A stretch of 64,000 nt of DNA from Halorutilales archaeon Cl-col2-1 (GTDB lineage: Archaea; Halobacteriota; Halobacteria; Halobacteriales; Afararchaeaceae), in the NCBI GenBank assembly GCA_041891055.1, contig CP169074.1, forward strand, positions 1,504,001-1,568,000, in the 5' to 3' direction. The position numbers were made by a program, and so were the translations under genes. Positions 28,713 to 39,105 of this stretch are shown here, one piece after another. How positions within the stretch are numbered: position 1 is the stretch's first letter; every line of letters starts with the position of its first letter. Under the pieces are notes generated by a model, which was not told where the DNA came from, ran no database searches, and was given only the letters and a program-made list of their open reading frames with translations.

Positions 28713-30181
28713 TGTCGGATCTAAAGGGACTTCTGAAGGACTGGAGGGTCATCCTCCTCATAGTCGTGATGGTTCTATCGGTCGTTGCGATAGCTCCCAC
28801 GGGTGATACTGAGGGCACGACCTCACTCAAGTTTGGACTCCAGCTCGACGGAGGAACACGTATGCAGCTTGAGCCCGTCGGAAGCACGGCTCAGGTCTCG
28901 GGACTCGGGGACACGAACCCCGCGGATCTACAGTCCGAACTCACACAGAGCCTCGGTGTACGTACGAAGGTCTACTCGAACGACGGAATAGTCGAGATAA
29001 GAGGAAACGCGACCGACGCCGAGGTACGTGAAGCTCTCGAATCACGTGGACTCACAGTCGAGTCGATCGACGACGGTCTGACACCCGCGACTCTAGAGGA
29101 GCTACGTAACTCGTTACAGACACGTATAGAGAACACCCCCCAGATAGGACAGCTCTCGGGTGTGCGTGTCTTCCAGCAGTCGAACCCCATAACCAACCAG
29201 AACTTCATAGTCGTCGAGCTTCCCGGAATACAGGAGAACGCCTCGTCTATAATAGCCCAGCAAGGACGGTTCGAGATAAGGGTCGTCGAGTCGGGTAATC
29301 AGACGAGACATGTCCTCTTCGGCGACGCAGTCGAGAGGGGAAGTGTTTCGAGACCCCGTCCGTCACAGCAGGGAGGCGACACCTACAATGTTGGCTTCAG
29401 TCTCACCGACTCGGGCGTTGAACAGCTCAGAAGTACTGTAATGGACGTCAACGCCACGACGACACCCAGCGCGCATCCACTCGTGATGTACTTCAACGAA
29501 GACGAGGTCTTCAGAGGGCCTCTCAACCCGACGCTCGCGTCTGACATAGAGTCGGGGAGATGGCAGGGAGGCGGTCTCCAGGTTACCGGAATGACTGAAC
29601 AGCAGTCTCAGCGGGTGAGCGTCTCGCTCAGGTCGGGTGCTCTTCCGACACAGGTCGAGATAGCCTCGTCGACGTCCATAAGCGCCTCCGAGGGATCGAG
29701 GTTCAAGACTAACTCGCTCCTCATAGGTATCTTCGCCGTGATAGTCGTCGGAGCCACTATCTACTGGAGATACCGTGACCTACGTGTAGCAGTTCCAATG
29801 GCTCTCACGGGACTTGCCGAGGTCGTTGCTCTCCTCGGATTTGCCGCGGGATTCGGTCTCAGCCTCGACCTCTCACACATAGCCGGGCTCATAGCCGTCA
29901 TAGGTACGGGAGTTGACGACCTCGTCATAATCACCGACGAGGTTCTCCACGAGGGCGGAGTGAGTAGCTCGAACCTCTACAAGAAACGTATAAAGAAAGC
30001 CTTCATAATAATCGGAATGGCAGCGGCGACGACTATCGGAGCGATGCTACCGCTCGCATTCCTCGGTCTCGGACGTCTCACGGGATTCGCCATAGTCACG
30101 ATAGTCGGGGTCCTCATAGGGGTTCTCATAACCCGACCCGCGTACGGATCTATACTCCGAGTTCTCGTGACGGAGAACTAA
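28712..30181 (+). CDS. secD: protein translocase subunit SecD
   Basis: FGLQLDGGT, LRSGALP, IGTGVDD, ITRPAYG. Confidence 0.93.
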   Translation: MSDLKGLLKDWRVILLIVVMVLSVVAIAPTGDTEGTTSLKFGLQLDGGTRMQLEPVGSTAQVSGLGDTNPADLQSELTQSLGVRTKVYSNDGIVEIRGNATDAEVREALESRGLTVESIDDGLTPATLEELRNSLQTRIENTPQIGQLSGVRVFQQSNPITNQNFIVVELPGIQENASSIIAQQGRFEIRVVESGNQTRHVLFGDAVERGSVSRPRPSQQGGDTYNVGFSLTDSGVEQLRSTVMDVNATTTPSAHPLVMYFNEDEVFRGPLNPTLASDIESGRWQGGGLQVTGMTEQQSQRVSVSLRSGALPTQVEIASSTSISASEGSRFKTNSLLIGIFAVIVVGATIYWRYRDLRVAVPMALTGLAEVVALLGFAAGFGLSLDLSHIAGLIAVIGTGVDDLVIITDEVLHEGGVSSSNLYKKRIKKAFIIIGMAAATTIGAMLPLAFLGLGRLTGFAIVTIVGVLIGVLITRPAYGSILRVLVTEN

Positions 30182-30792
30182 AGCTCCGACTCTATCGCCG
30201 ACGCTAATCCCTCACTCACTTGCTCACCGTTGACGAAGACGGCAGGAGTCCCCGATACACCTCTGTCGGATCCACTCTTTCTGTCGGCGTTGACCTCGGG
30301 TAGATACTTCTCGTCCTCTACTGCGGATCTGACCTCCGAGCCGTCGACACCGACCTCGTCCGCCGCAGTCTCTATGTACTCCATCGACATATTCCCCTGA
30401 CGTGCGAAGATCCTGTCGACGTACTCCCAGTAGGCGTCGTCGCCTCCGAGTACATAGACCGCCTCGCCTGCTATCGCGGTCGTCTGTGACCAGTCGTCGA
30501 CAGGCACGGGAAAGTTGCGGTGGACGAACTTCACATCGCCCGTCTCTATGTAACGGCTTTCGAGAGCGGGCATCGTCTCGTCGTGGAAGCTACGGCAGTG
30601 GGAACACGAGAAGTCGAAGTACTCTGTGACAGTCACGGACGCGTTCTCGTCGCCCTTCATAGGCTCACCCTCGACCGAAGACTCCGCCGTCGTTTCGCCT
30701 CCTCCCCCCAGACAGCCTGCGGTCGCCGAAGAGACAGCTGCCAGAGACGTTACTACGAAACTGCGTCTCGTTAACCCCTTGTGATTGTCCAT
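30178..30792 (-). CDS. DsbA-family thiol-disulfide oxidoreductase, Tat lipoprotein
   Basis: TRRSF Tat motif, AGC lipobox, CSHC, GTPA..VNG. Confidence 0.9.
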   Translation of the reverse strand: MDNHKGLTRRSFVVTSLAAVSSATAGCLGGGGETTAESSVEGEPMKGDENASVTVTEYFDFSCSHCRSFHDETMPALESRYIETGDVKFVHRNFPVPVDDWSQTTAIAGEAVYVLGGDDAYWEYVDRIFARQGNMSMEYIETAADEVGVDGSEVRSAVEDEKYLPEVNADRKSGSDRGVSGTPAVFVNGEQVSEGLASAIESEL

Positions 30793-30846
30793 CTATATCA
30801 CACAAGCCTATCAGACCCGTGAGTATAAGACTGACGCTCACCTGAA

Positions 30847-31488
30847 TCAGAAGTCGTCTATCCCCGACTGCTTCGCCTCGTCGAGTATACGTTCGGCTGT
30901 GCTCCAAGACTCACGCGCGAAACCCGGAAGACTACGGTTCTCCTCGACGTACTCCCTCAGGTACTCGATCGTCTTCGAGTCCGACGGATAACCGCTTCCG
31001 ACGTCCCCGAGACTCTCGATATGTGAGTCACGTTCGACCTTCGCTATAACAGACGCTCCCGCGACGGCGTCGTAGCTCTCGTCCGCGCCGTGTTCGGCTG
31101 TGACTTCATAGCCAGTTTCCTCGGAGACACGTCTCCCGAACCTCTCCGCCGACGTGTCGCTCGCGTCGACGACTATCTTCTCGTCCCCGTCGGGATCTAA
31201 GCGACGTACAGCCTCCGACTGTGCCTCTACGACGAGACGGTTCATACCTCCTTCGTCGACGTACTCGTCTATCTCCTGAGGCGTTACCTCTACGACTGAG
31301 TAGTCGTACTCGGTCAGTCTACCGTATATCTCGCGTCTCCTCGGTTCTGAGAGCTTCTTAGAGTCACGAACCTCGAAGTCGAAACCGTCTCCGGGCGTCC
31401 TGACTCCGGCGACGAACATGCTGCCCAAGACGGGTCCCTTGCCTGCCTCGTCGACTCCTATCACGTTACTTGGCTCGTCGTCGGACAT
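30847..31488 (-). CDS. rnhB: ribonuclease HII
   Basis: GVDEAGKGPVLG, DSKKL, ASVIAKVERD, GSGYPSD. Confidence 0.95.
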   Translation of the reverse strand: MSDDEPSNVIGVDEAGKGPVLGSMFVAGVRTPGDGFDFEVRDSKKLSEPRRREIYGRLTEYDYSVVEVTPQEIDEYVDEGGMNRLVVEAQSEAVRRLDPDGDEKIVVDASDTSAERFGRRVSEETGYEVTAEHGADESYDAVAGASVIAKVERDSHIESLGDVGSGYPSDSKTIEYLREYVEENRSLPGFARESWSTAERILDEAKQSGIDDF

Positions 31489-31559
31489 AATATATCTGCC
31501 GAGGTCGGGTCGGAACCGCCAAAAACAACTAATATACCTCTCCGACACCCACTCCCTGT

Positions 31560-32354
31560 ATGTCGACACTCGAATCAGATATCAACGAGGCGTGGGACGA
31601 AGACGAAGCCGACACCGACCTACTCGACGACTTCCTGGACGCCCTAAACCGCGGCGAGGTTAGAGCGGCGGAGAAGGTCGACGGCGACTGGGTCGCCAAC
31701 GAGTGGGTCAAGAAGGGCATACTCCTCAACTTCTCGGAGCGCGACAACAGGGAGTTGGAGTACGGCGACGTCACCTACCACGACAAGTTCGAGCTAAAGG
31801 ACACCTCGGAGTTCCTCGAAAAGGGCACGAGAAACACCCCCGACGGTACAGTGGTGAGGGACGGTGCCTACGTCGGCGACTCTGTCATAATGATGTCGCC
31901 GAGCTTCGTCAACGTCGGCGCACACGTCGGTGACGGAACCCTCGTAGACTCGTGTGACACCGTGGGGTCGTGTGCACAGATAGGCGACAACGTCAAGATA
32001 GGCGCTAACACACTCATCGGCGGTGTCCTCGAACCCGTAGAGGACGCCCCCGTCGTAGTCGAGGACGGCGTCTCGATAGGCGCGGGAGCACGTATAACCA
32101 GCGGCTTCGTCGTCGGCGAGGACTCCGTGATAGCCGAGAACACTCTTCTCAACCCCTCGATACCCGTCTACGACCTCGTGGAGGACGAGGTAATCTACGG
32201 AGAGGTTCCCGCCGAGAGACGTGTGATGCAGAGACACGTCAAGTCGTCTGTCGAAGGATTCGGAGAGGAGTTCTACAAGCCCGCCGCAGTCGCTACGTCG
32301 CTCGAAGACAACACACTCGAAAAGACCGAGAAGGAAGACGCTCTCAGGGACTGA
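31560..32354 (+). CDS. dapD: tetrahydrodipicolinate N-succinyltransferase
   Basis: WVKKGILL, PSFVNVGA, VGSCAQIG, GGVLEP. Confidence 0.94.
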   Translation: MSTLESDINEAWDEDEADTDLLDDFLDALNRGEVRAAEKVDGDWVANEWVKKGILLNFSERDNRELEYGDVTYHDKFELKDTSEFLEKGTRNTPDGTVVRDGAYVGDSVIMMSPSFVNVGAHVGDGTLVDSCDTVGSCAQIGDNVKIGANTLIGGVLEPVEDAPVVVEDGVSIGAGARITSGFVVGEDSVIAENTLLNPSIPVYDLVEDEVIYGEVPAERRVMQRHVKSSVEGFGEEFYKPAAVATSLEDNTLEKTEKEDALRD

Positions 32355-33164
32355 CTACTTCTCGATTCTCATGCTGTAGTCGAGCCAGTCGGACGAGTGT
32401 ATCAGGCTCCCCATAGAGACGACGTCGACTCCCGTACCGGCGTACTCACCGACGTTCTCGGGTGTTATACCGCCCGATGCCTCTACTACGACGTCGTAAC
32501 TCCCGAGTTCGTCTACGCAGTTCTCGACCTCCGACGGCGACATATTGTCGAGTAGGACGATGTCAGCACCGAGCTCGGCGGCTTCTACCGCGGTCTCGAC
32601 CGTCTCGGCTTCGACCTCTATCTTCGAGGTGAAGCTCTTTGTGTCTCTCGCTCTCTCGAAGGCGGTTTCGAGTCCCTCTAACTCTATGTGGTTCTCCTTG
32701 AGCATCACTGCGTCGTCTAAGCTGTACCTGTGTGGATCTCCGCCGCCGACGCGTACCGCCTTCTTCTCGAAACTCCTGTAACCCGGCGTCGTCTTACGTG
32801 TCGCCGCGACGGTAACTTCGCCCGCCTTCTCGACACAGTCGGCTGTCACAGTAGCGATACCGCTCATGCTCCCGAGTATATTGAGACACGGACGTTCTCC
32901 TCTGAGTAGAGACGCGGCGTCGCCCTCGGCTTCGAGGACGGTGTCGCCCTCGTCTATCTCCTCACCGTCGTCGAACCCCGTCTCGATCTCCACTCCGGAG
33001 TCTAAAAGACCCAACAGCCTCGAAGCCTCGTCTAAGCCCGCCACAACCCCGTTTTCCTTCGTCACGACTCTCGCGCGCGCGTCGCCCTCGACGACCGAGC
33101 TACTCACGTCCCGCCATCCTGTCGAGTCCTCGTCTAGGAACTCACGGAGTCTGTCGTCTAACAT
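32355..33164 (-). CDS. nadC: quinolinate phosphoribosyltransferase
   Basis: TRKTTPG, HRYSLDD..LKENH, LLDNM, EASGGI. Confidence 0.95.
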   Translation of the reverse strand: MLDDRLREFLDEDSTGWRDVSSSVVEGDARARVVTKENGVVAGLDEASRLLGLLDSGVEIETGFDDGEEIDEGDTVLEAEGDAASLLRGERPCLNILGSMSGIATVTADCVEKAGEVTVAATRKTTPGYRSFEKKAVRVGGGDPHRYSLDDAVMLKENHIELEGLETAFERARDTKSFTSKIEVEAETVETAVEAAELGADIVLLDNMSPSEVENCVDELGSYDVVVEASGGITPENVGEYAGTGVDVVSMGSLIHSSDWLDYSMRIEK

Positions 33165-33177
33165 TGATTGTAATTAG

Positions 33178-34413
33178 TTATAACTCTGCTTCGGTCACGA
33201 CGTTGACATCGAGGGGCTTCTTGACGACGTGTCCTATCTCCTCTCCTGCGACGGTCTCGACTCCGTTTAGGCTAGCAGTGTCGAGTGTAGACTGTGTAAT
33301 CTCGCCGTCTACTACGAGATTCTCGACTTCGCCGTTCGTCTCGTCGAGCTTCTCGCCGAGTGCCTCCGAGTCGACCTCCTCGACCTCGTCGAACTCCGAG
33401 TCGAGGAGAAGACTCCTTCCGTCTTCCACGGCTTCCATCCTCTGTCTCAGAGGGTTCCCGGCGTCGTCGCTATCGCTACCGTTGGAGTCGGTTTCGACTT
33501 CGCCGTTAAGTCTTTCTTCCTCGGCTTCGGTTTCGACATCGACGTCTGCCGCACAGCTCTCCGACGCCGTCGCCTCAACCTCGCCCTCATCGTATTCGTC
33601 GTCTTCGACCGCGAGTTCGAGAGGAACCTTGTTCCTCAGCGACTCACGTATCTCGTCGTGTGACATGTCCTCGACACATTTACCTTCAGGTGGATGTGCG
33701 ACGTAGTCGACGTCACCGACCTGGTCGAGTTCCTTGAGTATGAGGTCGCCGCCCCTGTCGGAGTCGAGGAACGCCGTCACGGTCTTCTCCTCCGAGAGGC
33801 CGCTGATCTCGTCGGGGATATTCGTACCCTCGACGCCTATCGCGTTCTTTATGCCGTACTTGAGTAGGTTGAGTACATCGGCACGTCCCTCGACTATCAG
33901 GACGGCGTCGCTCTTCTCGACGTTGGGACCCGCGGGAAGACCCGCGTATCTCTGTATTCCTTCTGTTCTCGCTGACTTCCTGACTTCGTCTATTATCTCC
34001 TCGGTGTCTATGCCGCCCTCGTCGAAGAGCTCTGTGAGTATGTACTTCGACCTCTCGACGATCTGTTTCCTCTTCGCGGCGCGGATGTCCTCGACCATCT
34101 CAACCTCGATCTCGGCGGTACACGGACCTATCCGTTCTATCGTTTCGAGGGACGCCGCGAGTATAGCCGTCTTGACCTTGTCGAGGCTACTTCCAAGCGT
34201 AATACTGCCGTATGACTGACCGTTCTTGCTCTCTACGTTGACCTCCATCCTACTGATCTTGCTCGACCTCTGTAGGTCGCGCAGGTCTAGTTCGTCGCCC
34301 AAGAGACCCTCTGTCTGTCCGAATATCGCTCCCACGACGTCCGATCTCTCGACAACGCCGTCTGCTGTTATATTCGCGTGTATGAAGTACTTGACTGTGT
34401 CTGAGTTCTGCAT
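33178..34413 (-). CDS. dnaG: archaeal DnaG-like TOPRIM protein
   Basis: [28 protein letters not shown]. Confidence 0.95.
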   Translation of the reverse strand: MQNSDTVKYFIHANITADGVVERSDVVGAIFGQTEGLLGDELDLRDLQRSSKISRMEVNVESKNGQSYGSITLGSSLDKVKTAILAASLETIERIGPCTAEIEVEMVEDIRAAKRKQIVERSKYILTELFDEGGIDTEEIIDEVRKSARTEGIQRYAGLPAGPNVEKSDAVLIVEGRADVLNLLKYGIKNAIGVEGTNIPDEISGLSEEKTVTAFLDSDRGGDLILKELDQVGDVDYVAHPPEGKCVEDMSHDEIRESLRNKVPLELAVEDDEYDEGEVEATASESCAADVDVETEAEEERLNGEVETDSNGSDSDDAGNPLRQRMEAVEDGRSLLLDSEFDEVEEVDSEALGEKLDETNGEVENLVVDGEITQSTLDTASLNGVETVAGEEIGHVVKKPLDVNVVTEAEL

Positions 34414-34559
34414 GTTTAACCTCTTGAATGTGATTGACGTCGAACTGAGATAAGTTCTCGTCAGTACATTAAGCTTGTTACTGGAATCAGGACGACGAAG
34501 AAAAGTCGTGGTCTCGTCACCGACAGCTACACTCGACAAGACAAGATGTTACGGCACTC

Positions 34560-35009
34560 TTACTCGAACTCCTTACGGAAGCTCTTGAACTCGGCGTGGT
34601 GTGACTCCTCGTCTGTGAGAAGCTGCACGGCGAGGTCTTCGGTAACGGGGTCGTTCGCCTCGTCGGCATTCTCTATTATCGACCTGTATGTCTCTATGGC
34701 TCCCTTCTCAGCGTCTATTACGCCGTCTATCACCGACAGGACGTCGGTCGAGTCCTCGGGAGGCTGCATGGACTCCTGTCGAGCCTCGAAGTCGTACGAT
34801 GCTGGCGGACGTTCGTCTAGCTCCTTGAGACGTCTTCCTAACATCTCGGCGTGGTTTAGCTCCTCCTGAATGTCGGCGTTGAGTGACTCCTTTATCTCCT
34901 CCGCACTCACCCCGTCGAGTATTATCGAGTTGGCGAGGTAGTTCATCACGGTCTCGATCTCGTCCTCGTACGCCTTCTTGAGCAGGTCGACTACTTCCTG
35001 GTTCGTCAT
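34560..35009 (-). CDS. ferritin-like diiron protein
   Basis: DEIE..NY, EELNHA, AEKGAI..Y, DEESH. Confidence 0.88.
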   Translation of the reverse strand: MTNQEVVDLLKKAYEDEIETVMNYLANSIILDGVSAEEIKESLNADIQEELNHAEMLGRRLKELDERPPASYDFEARQESMQPPEDSTDVLSVIDGVIDAEKGAIETYRSIIENADEANDPVTEDLAVQLLTDEESHHAEFKSFRKEFE

Positions 35010-35139
35010 GTCACGTAGATACGCGCTACTTCCTCTTAGTACTTTGGCGCCTAACTCATCTCGCGCCGAATTCCTAAGGTTTAATTATTCTAAAGTGTCA
35101 CCTTCACACACGAACCGAATCTAAGTTCGGAGTGATCAG

Positions 35140-36342
35140 ATGGGAACAAAGGTATCAGAACTCACGGACGAGACACAGGAACTCACGACGACGAAGGTCG
35201 CGGGGGTTTCGAGCACCGACTTCGGAAAGCACGTCGACTCGTCGGCGCGAGAGCTCTTCAGCGAGGCGGCTCTCGACGCGATAGACGACGCCGGAATTAC
35301 GCCGGGTGACCTCGACGCAGTCTACTTCTCGAACTTCATAGGCGAGTTCTCGGAGCACCAGGGACATATGGGTCCTCTGATGTCGGACTACATCGGCGCG
35401 CGCGACGCCGCGTCGATACGTATAGAGAGCGCGTGTGCGTCGGCGGGGGTCGCCTTCACGCAGGCGTACAAGGCGGTCGCCGGAGGCTTCTACGACGCAG
35501 TAGTCGTCGGAGGCTCCGAGACGATGCACACACTCGGCACTGCGAAGGCTACAGACGGTCTCGCAGTCGCAGCCGACGACAAGTACGAGGTTCAGACGGG
35601 TCTGACCTTCCCCGGACTCTATGCTCTGATGGCGAGGAGACATATGGAGGAGTTCGGCACCACGAAGGAGGATCTCGCCGAGGTCGCAGTCAAGAACCAC
35701 CAGAACGCCCTCAACAATCCAATCGCCCAGTACCACCAGGAGATAGAGGTCGAAGACGTCGTCGACGCGCGTACGATAGCTACTCCGCTCGGACTCTACG
35801 ACGCGTGTCCCATAACCGACGGAGCGAGTGCCGCCGTGATAGTCAGCGAGGAGTTCGCGAAGGAGAACGACGTCGACGCCGAGGTCACTGTCGAGGCGAG
35901 CGGACACTCGAGCGATGCGATAGCACTCCAGGACAGGGCGACCATATCGCGGACTCCCGCCGCCGAGATCGCCGCAGACCAGGCGTACGAACAGGCGGGA
36001 ATAGAGCCCGACGACGTAGATGTCTGTGAGGTTCACGACTGTTTCACTATCGCGGAGATAATCGCGATAGAGTCGCTCGGCTTCTACGAGAGAGGAGAGG
36101 GCGCGAAGGGCGCGCGCGAGGGCGAGACACACGTCGACGGACGTATCCCCGTCAACACCTCGGGCGGACTCAAGGCGAAGGGACATCCCGTCGGAGCCAC
36201 CGGTGTCGCACAGGTCGTCGACATCACCAAACAGCTCGAAGGGCGCCATCCCAACCAGGTGGAAGACGCCGAGGTGGGTCTGACACACAACGCGGGTGGT
36301 AGCGTCGCGAGCGCAGCCGTACATATATTCAGGAGGGACTGA
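35140..36342 (+). CDS. archaeal thiolase (SCP2-type)
   Basis: ESACAS, CPITDGA, EVHDCF, GHPVGATG, HNAGG. Confidence 0.93.
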   Translation: MGTKVSELTDETQELTTTKVAGVSSTDFGKHVDSSARELFSEAALDAIDDAGITPGDLDAVYFSNFIGEFSEHQGHMGPLMSDYIGARDAASIRIESACASAGVAFTQAYKAVAGGFYDAVVVGGSETMHTLGTAKATDGLAVAADDKYEVQTGLTFPGLYALMARRHMEEFGTTKEDLAEVAVKNHQNALNNPIAQYHQEIEVEDVVDARTIATPLGLYDACPITDGASAAVIVSEEFAKENDVDAEVTVEASGHSSDAIALQDRATISRTPAAEIAADQAYEQAGIEPDDVDVCEVHDCFTIAEIIAIESLGFYERGEGAKGAREGETHVDGRIPVNTSGGLKAKGHPVGATGVAQVVDITKQLEGRHPNQVEDAEVGLTHNAGGSVASAAVHIFRRD

Positions 36343-36344
36343 GA

Positions 36345-36716
36345 ATGCCATCGTATACTGAGTTCGTCGACATGGTCGAGATGGGCGACCCGATATACCT
36401 CAAGTGCGAGGACTGCGGCGGAACGGGTCTGCCGCCGAGGAAGGCGTGTCCCGACTGCGGGTCGAGACACACCGTCGAGAAGGAGCTTCCGAAGACGGGC
36501 GAGGTCGCGACCTTCACTGAGATACATGTTCCGACGCCGATGTTCCAGGGCGACGCTCCGTTCACTGTCGTAGTCGCCGAGTTCGAGGACGTCGACCTGC
36601 GTCTCACGGGACAGCTCAGAGACTCCGACGGCGACGAGATTCAGATAGGCGACGAGGTAGAGGTCGGAGCCGAGGAACACGACGAAGTCGACCGCGTCAT
36701 AACATTCACAGCGTAG
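36345..36716 (+). CDS. DUF35 Zn-ribbon/OB-fold thiolase partner
   Basis: CEDCG...CPDCGS, OB fold, directly after the thiolase. Confidence 0.9.
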   Translation: MPSYTEFVDMVEMGDPIYLKCEDCGGTGLPPRKACPDCGSRHTVEKELPKTGEVATFTEIHVPTPMFQGDAPFTVVVAEFEDVDLRLTGQLRDSDGDEIQIGDEVEVGAEEHDEVDRVITFTA

Positions 36717-36746
36717 TCTTTTCCGTCTCGAAGACTGTCTTCTTTT

Positions 36747-37511
36747 ATGAAACTACAGAGACCTGAGCTTCTGCCAGACCCGGCTCTGTCGCGCGACGAG
36801 ATGGAGGAGTTACAGCGGAAGGTCGCCTCGGAGGCGGTCTTCGACGACTGTCTCCCTACCGATCCCGGTGAGGTCGAGGAGGGTGACGCCGTGATCGCGG
36901 GAGTCGATCAGTCGTTCCGGAGAAAAGAAGAACGAAAAGAGGAGGCTGTGAGCGCAGTCGTGGCTACGAGACGAGGCGAGGTGACAGAGAGAGTCCACGC
37001 ATCTGCTGAGACACGTACGGAGTACATACCCGGTCTCCTCTCGTTCCGTGAGGGCGAGGCGGTAGTCGAGGCTCTGAAGAAGCTCTCGGTGACCCCCGAC
37101 ATACTCCTCTTCGACGGAAGCGGACGTATACATTTCCGACAGGCAGGCATCGCGACACATATAGGCGTAGTCTTCGACGTGCCTTCGGTAGGAGTCGCCA
37201 AGAACTTACTGTGTGGAAGGGTCGTGACCCGCGACGGCGAAGACTGGGACGCGACGTCTCTGGACGAGGGAAGCCGTCTCGGTGTAGTCGCCGACTCTTC
37301 CGTCGAGGCTCCTGACGGAACCGTCATAGGCTACGCCTACCAGTCGAGGCAGTTCGAGTCGTCGAACAGACATGTCAACCCGCTTTATGTCAGCCCGGGT
37401 CACAGAGTAACTGCCGAGACTGCGGTCGACCTCGTCGAATCTACGTGTGAGGGCTACAAGCTTCCCGAGCCTACACGTATAGCCGACTCGTACGCCGATA
37501 CGGTGAAATAA
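36747..37511 (+). CDS. nfi: endonuclease V
   Basis: YIPGLLSFRE, DGSGRIH, GVAK, PLYVSPGH, LPEPTR.AD. Confidence 0.95.
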   Translation: MKLQRPELLPDPALSRDEMEELQRKVASEAVFDDCLPTDPGEVEEGDAVIAGVDQSFRRKEERKEEAVSAVVATRRGEVTERVHASAETRTEYIPGLLSFREGEAVVEALKKLSVTPDILLFDGSGRIHFRQAGIATHIGVVFDVPSVGVAKNLLCGRVVTRDGEDWDATSLDEGSRLGVVADSSVEAPDGTVIGYAYQSRQFESSNRHVNPLYVSPGHRVTAETAVDLVESTCEGYKLPEPTRIADSYADTVK

Positions 37512-37553
37512 AATAGAATAGACACGACAGACAAAGACCGGATCGAACTACAA

Positions 37554-38642
37554 CTACTCGTCTTCTGTCCCGTTCTCGTTCTCGTCTATGCAGTCGGTGA
37601 TGGGCTCGAGCATCCTCTCAGTCGTCGTGTAGGGGTCGGACTCCCTCTCGACGACCTCCTCGGCGAGCGCGTCTATACCGCCTGCCTTCTCGATCTCGTT
37701 CTCAGCGATCTTCCTCAGGTTGTCCTCTAAGAGGCTGTGTATCTCCGACGAGTACCTCTTGAACTCCCTCTCCTTCATCTCGCCCGACTCTATGAGGTAC
37801 TCCCTGTGGTCACTCACTACTCCGAGGAGATCCGTGACTCCGTCGCCTCTCTCGGCGATAGTCTTGGTGACCTCGGGCTTCCACTCGCCCTCGTAGGCGT
37901 CCTCGTCGCCTATGTCGTCGTCGTTGTTCATCGCGCTCGGACCGTGGTGACCCGTCGGGACGCCCGCTGTGGGATCCTCGCGCATCTCTATCATCCTCTT
38001 GACTTCCATCACTGTCCTGTCCGCTCCTTCGAGGTCAGCCTTGTTGACGACGAATATGTCTCCTATCTCGAGTATACCCGCCTTTATCATCTGTATGTCG
38101 TCTCCTCCTGACGGCATAAGCAGGACGAGGACGCTGTCGGCGGTACGGACGATCTCGACCTCGTTCTGACCCGCTCCGACCGTCTCGACTATTATGACGT
38201 CCTTTCCGAATGCGTCGAGAGCCTTTATGGCGTCGGTCGTCGCGCTCGAGAGTCCTCCGAGGGCACCCCTCGAACTCATCGACCTAAAGAAGACGTCCAT
38301 GTCGCCCGACCCCGCCTGGAGACGTATTCTGTCGCCTAAGAGGGAGCCTCCCGTGTAAGGCGACGACGGATCGACAGCGATCACTCCGACCGTCTTACCC
38401 TGTTCGCGGTACTCCTCGACCATCTTGTCGACGAGTGTCGACTTACCCGCTCCGGGCGATCCCGTGACTCCTATGACGTGGGCGTCTCCCGTGTGCTGGT
38501 GGAGTCTCTTTATGGCGTCTCTGTATCCCTCCCGCTGGTTCTCTATGTGGGTGATGAGACGCGCGAGAGACCTGTACTTGCCGTCTAAGACGCCGTCGAC
38601 GAGCTCGTCGAACTCTCCCTTGTCCATGGACTCTTCGCTCAT
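37554..38642 (-). CDS. meaB: methylmalonyl-CoA mutase-associated GTPase
   Basis: GSPGAGKST, AVDPSS..GG.LLGDR.R, ETVG.GQ.E, NKAD. Confidence 0.94.
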   Translation of the reverse strand: MSEESMDKGEFDELVDGVLDGKYRSLARLITHIENQREGYRDAIKRLHQHTGDAHVIGVTGSPGAGKSTLVDKMVEEYREQGKTVGVIAVDPSSPYTGGSLLGDRIRLQAGSGDMDVFFRSMSSRGALGGLSSATTDAIKALDAFGKDVIIVETVGAGQNEVEIVRTADSVLVLLMPSGGDDIQMIKAGILEIGDIFVVNKADLEGADRTVMEVKRMIEMREDPTAGVPTGHHGPSAMNNDDDIGDEDAYEGEWKPEVTKTIAERGDGVTDLLGVVSDHREYLIESGEMKEREFKRYSSEIHSLLEDNLRKIAENEIEKAGGIDALAEEVVERESDPYTTTERMLEPITDCIDENENGTEDE

Positions 38643-39055
38643 CTCTCTGGTGCGTTCTCCCGGACGAACTCTATGGTATTGCTCGTGTCAGTTCCGGGAC
38701 CGAAGACGGCGTCGACGCCCTCTTCCTTGAGGTTCTTCTCGTCTTCCTCGGGTATTGTGCCTCCAACTATGACTAGAGTGTCCTCGAAGGCGTCGTACTC
38801 CTTGAGACCGTTGATGATCTTCGGAACCACTGTGTTGTGGGCTCCGCTCAGGATAGAGATACCTACGACGTCGACGTCCTCCTGAACAGCTGCCTGTATT
38901 ATCTCGTCGGGGGTGTTGTGGAGTCCCGTGTATATGACCTCGAAGCCAGCGTCACGGAACGCGCGCGCTATTACGTGTGCTCCTCTGTCGTGTCCGTCTA
39001 AGCCCGCCTTTGCGATCAAACACCGTATCTTACGGTCAGTCTGCTGTTCACTCAT
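38639..39055 (-). CDS. acyl-CoA mutase cobalamin-binding subunit
   Basis: GLDGHDRG (DxHxxG), SILSGAH, VGGTIP, FGPGT. Confidence 0.93.
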   Translation of the reverse strand: MSEQQTDRKIRCLIAKAGLDGHDRGAHVIARAFRDAGFEVIYTGLHNTPDEIIQAAVQEDVDVVGISILSGAHNTVVPKIINGLKEYDAFEDTLVIVGGTIPEEDEKNLKEEGVDAVFGPGTDTSNTIEFVRENAPER

Positions 39056-39105
39056 CGTGATCTTACTGTGAGTATTTTTGAGTCCTTCTTGAGTTTAACG
39101 AAAGA

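Noticed and set aside
35155-36351. 398-aa antisense ORF over the thiolase, and many similar shadow ORFs
   Set aside because: Expected from GC-rich biased codon use; the opposite strand has clear family motifs.
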